DNA of 64,000 bases from Octopus bimaculoides (Eukaryota), in assembly GCF_001194135.2 (NCBI RefSeq), contig NC_068992.1, forward strand, positions 13,955,037 through 14,019,036, written 5' to 3'. Made by a program: the position numbers and the translations under genes. The notes below the pieces were generated by a model, which did not search any database, was not told the DNA's origin, and saw only the letters and a list, made by a program, of their open reading frames with translations. Of this stretch, positions 53,188 through 64,000 are shown piece by piece (position 1 is the first letter of the stretch; every line of letters begins with the position of its first letter).

Positions 53188-53647
53188 AAGAGAGTTACAT
53201 ATGTATGTATCTATGTATGTATGTATGTATGTATGTATGTATGTATGTATAAATAATCAAATCGAAACTACAGTGAGGTTATTAATAACATTACAATAGA
53301 TTTACTGTAAAATGGCAACATTCCATATTTTTTTTTGTAATGGCACCACATATTATTAGATTAAGGTAATTTTCAAGTGACCTAACAGAACGTGAATTAA
53401 CAATGTCCTCAATTACTCTCGCTAAACTATGAAAATATGATTTTACGTTGCAAAGGACATTCGCCGTCTGTTACACTTAGAAGTTTTTTTCTGTTTCGCT
53501 CAAGGGAAGTAACCTAGAAGAATCACACTATATGATACATGCAATGACTCACACATTCACGCACACACATGCTACACGTACATATATATACGCACGTATA
53601 CGCAGAGACAGATATATATGCACAGTCACATGCGCACACACACTCAC

Positions 53648-53695
<48 letters not shown>

Positions 53696-53963
53696 NNNNN
53701 NNNNNNNNNNNNNNNNNNNNNNNNNNNNNNNNNNNNNNNNNNNNNNNNNNNNNNNNNNNNNNNNNNNNNNNNNNNNNNNNNNNNNNNNNNNNNNNNNNNN
53801 NNNNNNNNNNNNNNNNNNNNNNNNNNNNNNNNNNNNNNNNNNNNNNNNNNNNNNNNNNNNNNNNNNNNNNNNNNNNNNNNNNNNNNNNNNNNNNNNNNNN
53901 NNNNNNNNNNNNNNNNNNNNNNNNNNNNNNNNNNNNNNNNNNNNNNNTATATATATATATATA

Positions 53964-54200
53964 TGGTGTTCCGGCATGGCCGCACTCAAATGACTGAAAC
54001 AATAAAAGAATATGAGTGCGGCCATACTGGAACACCACCTTTAGTCGAGAAAATTGACCCAGGACTCCTTTGTAAGCCTAGTACTTATTCTATCATCCCT
54101 TTTGCCGAACCGCTAAGTTACAGGGACATAAACACACTAACATCGGTTGTGAAGCGATGATAGGAAGACGAATATAGACACAGATACATACAAACATATA
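53964..54200. mobile_element. Family A 3' ends in tail-to-tail inverted arrangement
   Basis: Plus-strand tip 53964-54010 and minus-strand copy 54013-54200. Confidence 0.75.
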
Positions 54201-55949
54201 TATATATACGCGCAGACACACACATATGTATATATATATACATACATACATACATACATACATACATACATACATACATACACATATATATATACATATG
54301 TATATATACTTATATATACTCACATATATATACATATACATATATACGCATATAAATACATACATACGTACATATATAGTTCATACCTACATACATAACG
54401 TACATACATACATATACACTTATAAGTCTGCAGAGATGTGCCCATATATATAGACAAATCCTTATATACACACTTAACATGGGAAAACCTACACAAAGTT
54501 GTACAAATATGTTTATATACACACATACATATTTAGACGTAGTTTTATGCATACGTACATCTATGATATGATTATATATAAAAAAAAAAGAATTCCAATA
54601 ATCATATGGTGTTCCCGCCGATTTTGACATCTGGTTCCTATTATCACTATGATATGCTGAGAAGTTCAAAATCGAGTGTCGTAACCTATAATACTGCGTC
54701 AAACGTTAGGATGTTCAACCATTATCATATCTGCTCAACCATCTGCGGACTTTTTCTGCATTAACCAAACACATAATATATTCCTACGGCTGTATCTGTT
54801 ATTGCATTGACCCGGTTACTTTTGGCTAGTTGTTATATTTACTGTCAATCATTGTGCAATAAAATGGACATAATACATATTTTATCTTGGTAATGTCACT
54901 GAACGAATTAGCGTAATGTAATTTAAGCAAAGACATAAGACAATATAATGCAGTACGTTTTAAGCTATGAGCTTTGACTTGACTATCTAGGATAAATATT
55001 ATTTATGTGTTAATGGAAAGTTCACAATATTGGCTTTTATTTCGAAATTGATTTTTACCACTCACGACATTTGTTTTCGAGCTTATTCTGAAGTCAGAAA
55101 GATATTTGTAATGCTTCTATCAACGAAAGCGAGTAATATATTAATATTTTATAAATTTATGTGCTGTGCATTACTGGGATCGAACTATTGTTGCCAGATC
55201 TTAATGACTTTGTGATGGGTAAAAATGATTTCCTTGCATGTAATATTCTATGACAAAAATATATCTTGTATCTTACAAACTAGTTGATAATTCCCTGCAT
55301 TATTCGATCTTTACGTAAACTTTGACTAGTTTACGATTTTAAGATACAGTCTTAAAAGTTTTAGCTTTAGCTTTACAACTCTCAGTGGACGACAGGTAAA
55401 TATTACATGGGTCAGAAATCTAGGTTTTAATAGGAAATTGAATCGATCCAAACTAATAGCTACGTGAAGTATTTTACTGAAATATTTAAGCGAAACTCTG
55501 ATATACAAAGCAACTAATTGTCACAATATTCAATGCACTGCTTATAAGTCAGTCATACACTACACTCTTTTTCTCATCCTTTCAAAATGTATATCGTGCA
55601 AGTTCCAATTTACCACCGACACTTTGCAACGTACCTGACTGGCTCACATAATGTTTATTGATCCAATCATCTTAGGTGTCTTATGTTTTTCAATCTGAGT
55701 TTATGATTCATCAATACATTCGCATAGATTAATCAATTTCTATGTAGTTGAAGTAAGACACTGTCAAGTGATATTAACGTCCCATAATATGATTACACCT
55801 GAATAAAATATACAAAAACTCTAATATTTAAAATACAATTCGTTTATGTGAGATAAAACAAATTTCGTAGAGTTACAGACAAGAATATAATTAAGGTACA
55901 GTCAATGAATATGGTTTGTCTTCATGCAACCCGATTGTAGAGTATTTAC

Positions 55950-55990
<41 letters not shown>

Positions 55991-55993
<3 letters not shown>

Positions 55994-56350
55994 CCCAGGG
56001 ATAGAAGGTTTCTAATGAGACAACGAGAAAAAATCTCAAATCGTCTTAATGGGCTACTAAAGCATAAGAAACGATTCTACCTCAAGCGAACATTCCTCGA
56101 AATAGAAAATGAGCTCAAATGCTCCCATGAAGAGGAAAGGGCAGAAAAGGAAGCCAGGGCTGTCAAAAATATTAAGACAAACCCTAATGCCTTCTATAGA
56201 TATGCAAAACAATCTGCTTTAGTACGGTATAACATAGGGCCACTACTTGAAGACAGTGGCTCACCGACTTCAGACCCTCAGAGTATCTGTTAAATACTGA
56301 ATTTGAAATATAAGTGTGCTTTTACCAATCCACTGAGATACTTGCAATGA
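55991..56350 (+). pseudogene. CR1/L2-group LINE ORF2 remnant
   Basis: IPRDRRFLMRQREKI...LEIENELKCSHEEERAEKEARAVKNIKTNPNAFYRYAK...IGPLLEDSGSPTSDP, then AFTNP. The KNIKxNPKxFYxYAK...IGPL motif is typical of CR1-type ORF2. Confidence 0.85.
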
Positions 56351-58669
56351 ACTCAAAGGAAGCACCTTTCTTTAAAACGTTAGAATGTCATTCGAGGGAT
56401 GTTTGCTTCTATCTGCAACAGCTTTAGCAATCACATGGAGACTCATTTATGTTTTATTTTTATTTATTTGTATTTAAGTCGTTATTTATTGTATTTGTGA
56501 AGACCACAACCACATTTCTCATCTTAATGCGAGTTACCTTCATTTACGTTCCTAATGTAGTCTAAAGAAAGAAACAAAAACTGATAGAATGTCACATACT
56601 TCTTGTATGCTGTAAAAAATAAAGAGTATTTTGTATGGATTCAGAAGGAAGCCACAGAATTTACTGCTTCCGTTCTGACATTCGAACATTTGAATATTCT
56701 TTCTGCCAGCTGTCATAACTTTGGATGGCAGTTAATGGTAACAATCACCAATTCTTGTCAGATAAGAAGAAATATGTGCTTGTGCGTGCGCGCGAGTAGG
56801 GAAAGAGAGGAAGGAATAATATAAATCACATGAAAACAAAATTGGAAGTGCTAATGTGAAACTCAACAACATTCAACATGTATTATTACAAAAGTGTTGT
56901 GTCCAGGTGCGAGGATGCAACCGTTTTGACAGCCTCTCTTTAACCGACATTAAATTTAAACACCTCTCTCAGAAAACAATCTTACTTTTTTTTTTTTGCT
57001 ATCGAGTCAAACATAACAATTACGTTACTCCATTTTATCTACACCCCTCAGTCTGTAGAATCTGACAAAATACTGACAAAGCAATTGCAAAAATAAAAAG
57101 CAGAATAGAAAGACTTGTTTGAAAAAATAAAATTTGTTTTACTCAAAAGCTGACTGCCACCTGAATGTCCTCACAGCTTTTAGTGCTGATCAGATTATTG
57201 ATCTGTAACGCTGAACAAAATCGAATTCTAGCCTTTATTTTTTTTATTTTTATTAAGTTAATAATAAAAATTATTATTATCATTATTATCATTATTATTA
57301 TTATTATTATTACAGTTCTCCATTTAACAGTTGTTCTTGTCTTGTATTCGTTTATTAGCTTGGTAGTTTTCAGGTTGGCATCCATTTGTTATACACCGTT
57401 CCTTATTTATTTTAACATGTCACATTTAAATGCTGAAAACTAAAGCGAAGCCACGCTGCCTGTTGGCAAGCTGCGTCTAGTCTAAAGTGCAAAGAACAAC
57501 GCTGTTATTGAACTGTGCCGGGTAATGACGTCAGAGAAGGAGTGTATCAAACGAAATCGAATTAATTACAACTGAAACGACGACGAAATGGTATAAACTG
57601 GCGTTAAATGTGAACGATGTCTGTGAAAATTTAAACTAAGATCAAAATGGAGACATAAAAATAGTAAAGCTGAAAGTTATAGTTAAAACAAAATGTTAGT
57701 AATTTTCCTACTCGTTAGATGTTCCTCTTAATGTGTTAGAGTATTTAACCTCCCTGTGCATAAATAGACCTAAGGAAGGAAAATTGATTCAATAAATTGA
57801 AATGTAAGGTGAGATAATCTTTCATAATTAGAAATTCGAACTGCCAGAAGCCAGTATATGTGTGATACGGGTTAAGTCATTATTATTGCAGTTAATCTAA
57901 TTCTGAACATCGCATAGTTTTGTATATCTAGAACTAAATTGTCAAATGTTTCACATTTTTTTCACGACGATATGATGGGATTTCAACGCAGCGAATTATT
58001 GCCACGGTGAGGTAGCGTTTGTCTTCATATTTCCGACAGCATCTGCCAATAGACTACCGGGCAGTAACACAAGTTGTCCCCACTATCTCTCACTTTCTCC
58101 CCGCCTCCCTCTCTCTCTCTCTCACTCTCTTTCTGTTTCTTGTATAACAGTTGCCCATGATGGGATGTCGAGATACATTGATCGTCACTGCACTTATTTC
58201 TCCCCCCAAAACGACTTGTGTGAGAGGTTAATAATCTTTTCTGGTGAAAACAAAATATATAATACCAGTGGCATGGTTCGAATAAAAACTAACGTACCAG
58301 TACACTACGGAACGGAAATAAGGAAGAGAAAGAAGAGTGCTATTTTGAGGGAGATTTAGTTCCAATTTCTTATTGGTCCAAAATCCACATACAGAGTTCT
58401 ATTCTCGGCTTATTTTGATCTAAGTTTAGATATTTTTAGTCTTCTTTCACACTTTAAGCACGAAAAATATGAATAATGTATATAATAGATCTGTTGTTGA
58501 TTTGCTAAGTTTTATATGTTATAACATTTATTTACTCACTTCGATAGATTAGAATTCTACCGGTTGATCTCGTAATCTTTCTTCATAAATAAACATGACT
58601 TCACGAAAAAGTTTACCAATAAATGCGATGAGCATATACACACAGCTGTTCTCATGTAACAACACAGAG

Positions 58670-59000
58670 AATGATTTTTGAGGAACGGATTAGTCGATAC
58701 TAACTATTGATCACAGCACCTAACTGATACTTTATTTAATCGACCTGAAAGATTTGAAAGGCATACTTGATTTCTGCTTGAACTGAGCACTGAAATTTCA
58801 AGGCCGGAAGAATCGGGGGGTATTTTGTGGCACGCGCAAATGATTCTGCCAAAGACCCGTTCTGAAACAGAAATATAACCATGGTTGCTAATTTAGGCCC
58901 AGGTGCAGCAATTTTAAGAGTTGAGGATGAATAGATATTAAATGACCCCAATACTTGACTAGTACTTCACTTTATCGACCATAGAAGGATGAATAGGAAA
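58670..59000 (-). mobile_element. Two diverged family C copies
   Basis: tttatttaatcgacctgaaag...gattctgcc, and atgaccccaatacttgactagtacttcactttatcgacc...gaaggatgaa. Confidence 0.65.
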
Positions 59001-59261
59001 GCTAACTCTAGTATGAGTGTACGTATACGGTTTGGAAAAACAAGGCAGCTACCGTTGTTGGCAGGATCATCAAGGCCGTAACCAAATGCGAAGGAATTGC
59101 ATATATTATTTTTCAGGAGTTAGTTCCAGAAGGTGAGAAAAATCAACGAAGATTTTCACTTTGATTTCTTTATGCTTTTAGGAAATGGATTACAAAAGAA
59201 GAAACCTTGGACTTGGAGTAAAATAATCTGACTGCTGCAGTATGAAAACGCACCTACTCAC

Positions 59262-59387
59262 TTGCCATTCGCTGTTGCTATCTTTTTGGTACAGTAACAA
59301 ATTATTTTCTTCCACCAGATTGCTTAGTTGCCAAATTTTGTCACTGCAGACATTTTTTCCGAAGTTAAAATCTAGATTGAAAGGTAT
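59262..59387 (-). CDS. Candidate 126-nt phase-0 coding exon; product unknown
   Basis: ttctttcttttatctcttctgtcgttgaaatcag|ATACCT...TGGCAA|gtgagt. Single open frame IPFNLDFNFGKNVCSDKIWQLSNLVEENNLLLYQKDSNSEWQ; the other two frames are closed. Confidence 0.35.
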
Positions 59388-59677
59388 CTGATTTCAACGA
59401 CAGAAGAGATAAAAGAAAGAACATTTTGCTATATCTGCAAAATACGGCGGAAAACGAATTCTAAAATTGGAACCTAAAACATTTGAGTTGTGTATAATCA
59501 GAAGTCGGAACATTAATAGTCAATATTGCAATAACTGATGCTATTCTAAGTAAAGCAATAGTTTTTATATGCATTTCTACTTTTAAAAAGCCATTTATAT
59601 TCATACATGTGTATGTGTGTGTGTGTGTGTGTGTATAGATAGATAGAGAGAAAGAGATAGACAGACAGATAGAAAAA

Positions 59678-59680
<3 letters not shown>

Positions 59681-59755
<75 letters not shown>
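59681..59755. repeat. (GATA)n microsatellite
   Basis: Directly visible. Confidence 0.95.
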
Positions 59756-61456
59756 GTACATATGCATAGAAACACATACACATACATAGAATCTCAGATC
59801 TATAGATATGAATGCATATGATGCTTAACAGTTACTCGTAAGTGGGTGTGAGCTGGTACTTCGTGCCATGCTTCCGCTAATCATTTTATGTGCCTGCCTG
59901 TAGACATAGATACTCTCTCAGGTTCCCAGCGTTGACTTAGCAGAACATCGACTAGTACTTGTTTTCAATTGAGTAGACTGGAAACGAAATGAAAGGTAGT
60001 GCCTGCTTAAATATAAAGAAAAATTTCATTTCTCGCTCCAGAAATCAAATCCACTACTTTATAATCGTTTGCACAACGCTCAAACCAAATGACTTGCGCT
60101 TAATCGCGCGCACACCTACACACACCATGCACAAACCATTCAATGCATACACATAATTATATAGATAGGTAAGGTACACGCGTAAGCATATATGCCTAAA
60201 TATGTATGAGCATAAATATGTATGCGTACTTGTGTGCGGGTATACGCAAGCGGTGAAGCATATATTTAGATACACATACAAGTGAGTATCGCATTGATAT
60301 ATTATGAACTGTACTCCTATGATCAGTGACATTGACAGAACTTCTTTTCATCGCTTGCAGAGATATAGCTTTTATTTTTATTCCTGTCGTAGGGGGTGTA
60401 TGATATTGTAAAATATCCAAAGCGAATGATTAAAAGGAATGCATTTTGGTATTTCAAGTTCTCAGCACGAAAACAAAGAGCGGGAAAATGGTGATATGGA
60501 ATAAAAGAATAGAACACTACAAAAGAAAATCATTGCGACTTTCGAGATGAAATCAAGCAGTAAAGGACACACCGCTCACAGGGATTGTTAATCTCCGGTT
60601 TCACGCATTTGATGTCGGTGGTCTCTTTAATTTTTCGGTAGCCAACATTTATATCAGTAACTTTGATCGTACCTTTGGTTTCCTGTTAAAGCATTTTCCC
60701 AATTGCTTTTTAACCGACAACCTAATATATAGGTTTTCTATTGAACGAATATACATAGATCATCTTTAAGAAGGAATGGATGCAGGGAGATGTCTAGAAT
60801 ATCTATGAAAATGTGTTGAATGCAAGCATTATTTGCATTCCACGTGTTCAACCGCACCAGATCAGTAGCATTTTTTCTCTCCAGGCCACTGATCAAAATT
60901 AATCATTATGCAAACAAAACTGAATTCATTATATATTACCAAAAAGTCTATGATTTTTTTTTTATAGTACATATATATTGTAAAGAATCTAAATTAATAT
61001 TGATTCACATAATTACAATAAAAAACTATTTCAAATATCTAAACTATCTTGCTAATGAAAATAGAGGATGGCTTTCACTGATATGATCACTTCGAACACT
61101 GTTATTTCTGCCGTTACAAATTTCTGTCACAATTTGATATTATTACATTATTCTGGAACTTCGTCTTACAAAAAATACTAAATAAATAAAATAAACAAAC
61201 AATATNNNNNNNNNNNNNNNNNNNNNNNNNNNNNNNNNNNNNNNNNNNNNNNNNNNNNNNNNNNNNNNNNNNNNNNNNNNNNNNNNNNNNNNNNNNNNNN
61301 NNNNNNNNNNNNNNNNNNNNNNNNNNNNNNNNNNNTATTTTGCAGAGAAAAGTGTAGGTGGCTAGCTGTCCACGCTTCTAAAAAGCAAACTTCGTTTGTT
61401 TATTTACGTTTGTCGTAATTTGAATTTAACATATATATATATATATATATATATAT

Positions 61457-61519
61457 GGGAGAATTTATGAAAAAAAAACAACAGACGAAGACAGGTGGTG
61501 TAAACAACAAATGGATGTA
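61457..61519 (-). mobile_element. HH2 fragment without hammerhead
   Basis: gggagaatttatgaaaaaaaacaacagacgaagacaggtggtgtaaacaacaaa directly after (TA)n. Confidence 0.75.
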
Positions 61520-61573
61520 GTAGTAGTGCGTGTGTGTGTTTCAACGTGTGTATTGTATTTCTGTACGTGTGTG

Positions 61574-61613
<40 letters not shown>

Positions 61614-62564
61614 TATTTATATGCATAGCTCGCTTTGTTCAGTCATAGATAATAAGAAAAGGTGGACAGTCTCTCGAATCGACCTAAATACATGACTTGC
61701 AATTATTCTATTAATTACAAAAATAGGAAATATGAAGTTGACCCCAGTGGGACTTGAACTGGCAACATAATTAACTGCTACAAAGTACTTTTACTTGTGT
61801 TCCACTCCTTTGTGCTTAATGCCTTGTTTCTTATCCTAAACCACCAAGTCGCAAACTTGCTGCAAAAGTAAATGAAATGTATAATTAGCTGGAGATAATC
61901 AGTTGAGGATTGTCAAAGTTCTAAATATTTCTGTTGCTATCATAATTTATTCATTAATTTTAATATTTTATCGTATAAAAAAATTACCTTTTGAAAAGAA
62001 AGTATAAACGGAAAAAAATTCTAACAAAAATGCATTAATGATGGTAAGAACAACCATAATATAAAGAGACAGAAATAAACCATTAAACGTAAGTTCGGCC
62101 ATAAATATTTATAACACTTCTTTAAGTATCTTTGGCTTTGTGAGTTGATGTATTTCCAAAACCTTAACCAAGCTGCATCTCATGTAAACGGTGTCAATCA
62201 ACATATAACAAACGAACTATTTTCTGATTTCACTTTACCAAACTAAAATCCATCAGCCTGAATGCATCTTAGAATATATTGTCCTTAATATTTTGTTTTG
62301 TATTTTGTTGAAAATACAAACAAAAATGCTGGAGATATTTATACCATACAGTCTCTGTGATTTCTTTTAATTAGTCCAAGGCCATAAATCTATTGTAGGA
62401 AAGATTCAAGTGAAAGCTATAGATTTTATGAATTTCAGCGTTAACCTTAAACGAAATATTGAAAATATTTAAGGCAGCAGTTATTGCCTCTGCTATCTAT
62501 TTTAGATTACGTGAAATGGTTTTCTAAAAGAGATAAAATCGTTGACAATACTGTAAGTAAATGT

Positions 62565-62760
62565 AAGGTGGCAGTGAGCTGGCAGAGTCGTTAGCACACC
62601 GTGCAAAATAGTTATCGGCATTCCACTCTTTACATTTTGAGTTCAAATTCCGCCTAGGTCGACTTTGCCTTTCATCCTCTCGGGGTCGATAAAATAAGTA
62701 CCAGTTGAGTACAGGGAACTTACCGCCTCCCCGAAATTGCTGGCTTTGTGCTAAAATTTG
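62565..62760 (+). mobile_element. SINE-like family C
   Basis: aaggtggcagtgagctggcagagtcgttagcac...gagttcaaattccgcctaggtcgactttgcctttcatcc. Confidence 0.85.
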
Positions 62761-62922
62761 ACATCATTGTTAAAAGTAAATGTGTTATGGCATTAGTGAC
62801 TATTGGATAAAATGCTTTGCTGTGTGCTTTCATTCCACTGCAAGGCACGAAACTGGCAGAAAATTTAGAGGGCCATATTAAATGCAATATGGTATCATTT
62901 CCAGCCCTTTATATTTTGTCAG

Positions 62923-62991
62923 CAAGGCCTGCGATAACACTGGTCCAGCAGAAGTACTTGCATTTCTCTTGGTTAAATGTTGTTTGAAAAG
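62923..62991 (+). CDS. Candidate 69-nt symmetric exon; product unknown
   Basis: ccctttatattttgtcag|CAAGGCC...TGAAAAG|gtgagt. One open frame: KACDNTGPAEVLAFLLVKCCLK. Confidence 0.22.
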
Positions 62992-63861
62992 GTGAGTTGC
63001 TTCAATAATTTTACAAATCTTCTTTAAAAATGTTCTGTCCATACGTGTGCAGATGCTAGGTTGACTTTGGACGATTATTTACCTTCCTTGGTTAAATACC
63101 TACAGAGCACTGATCATGTTTCACTGCAATATTACAATGGTGGGAATGACAAGACAGCTCATGTGCAAATAAAAGAAAACTGATATAAACAGTACAAACT
63201 GAAACAACGAACTCTGTTCTAAACCACCTCCAGCAACATGCAAAACACTTCTTTTTCTAAAATATAAATGTATGAAAATAAAAGACAGATGCTCCAGAAT
63301 ACATTTTTTGTTTGAAAGCACATTTGTTTTTTACACCGATGTTTAAATCTTTTGTCGATAGAGATCCATGAGTGCTCCATTCTGTAAAATAGAGCTAAAA
63401 TGATATTTTTTAATAAACACGCAAAGATTTCACAAACAACACTATAAGAAGTGCGAGTATTAATGTAAAATTAAGCATAAATTTAGTTATAAATATTCAT
63501 CTTATGCAGATTCATAATAAGCTTCGCTGTTTAAATACACCGTGTGGTTTAACTAGAGAGCTCTCTGTATAGTTCGATATGAGAAAAAGTTTGACTATCA
63601 TCATTTCATAATAATAATCCAGTTTTAGTTTTCTTACACATTTGGAAAACTGAAGCTGAATTAAATTATAAGGCTGTCATCAAGAATGTACTTGGATGGG
63701 ACCAACTCTGAATTTCATTCAAACATTCAGAGTTGGGAAACAACTCGGAGTTTCAGTTCATATACATTATACTTGACATTTAGAACAATCACATTTATAC
63801 GATATAATCTGTCCATCGTCCTGAAATCATAAAAAATACGATATCACCTTTTCAATGCGGC

Positions 63862-63960
63862 AAATGTAAGCGCTTTCCAACCACATGGTCCCGGGTTCAA
63901 GCTCAATGCGTGACAGTTTGGGCTAGTGACCAAAGCCATGTCAGTTCTGTCGAAGGAAAC
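63862..63960 (+). mobile_element. SINE-like family A head (diverged)
   Basis: ccaaccacatggtcccgggttcaagc...gaccaaagcc. Confidence 0.6.
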
Positions 63961-64000
63961 TACAAGATGTCTGACTTACGTGCGCGCGCGTGTGTGTTTT

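Noticed and set aside
58006-58070. let-7 seed tgaggtag and miR-8-5p-like taccgggcag
   Set aside because: Only 8-10 nt match and there is no precursor hairpin.
57972-58359. Apparent mini-intron (GTGAGG to pyrimidine tract-CAG) and ORF 58165-58359
   Set aside because: The spliced frame stops after a few codons, the pyrimidine tract is a (CT)n microsatellite, and the ORF has no recognisable motif.

Overview
AT-rich eukaryotic genomic DNA, dense in microsatellites and broken by assembly gaps (largest N runs: 3654-4005, 5318-6017, 12161-12374, 14729-15140, 36834-37041, 40563-41117, 47560-47815, 49697-50476, 53696-53947, 61206-61334). The repeat landscape looks like an octopus (coleoid) short-read assembly; this is inference from the SINE-like families and microsatellite load. 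I found no intact host gene. Almost every ORF in the supplied track is an artefact of microsatellites or N runs. What can be supported: many copies of four tRNA-headed SINE-like families (my labels A-D); decayed transposase remnants (two mariner, one Chapaev-like); decayed retroelement remnants (two CR1-like, one R4/Dong-like, one Penelope-like RT); and several fold-back or MITE-like inverted repeats. The main discovery is a set of minimal hammerhead-ribozyme folds in several unrelated repeat sequences. They share one architecture (short stem I, CUGANGA-like core usually with one extra nucleotide, stem II, and a palindromic zero-loop stem III of the dimer type) but have different, mutually compensating stem sequences. 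One sits about 150 nt upstream of the Penelope-like ORF, one forms the tail of a tRNA-headed SINE-like element, and one lies in a (TA)n-associated short element. A few minus- and plus-strand candidate exons are reported at low confidence. Repeat boundaries are approximate and were read by eye.
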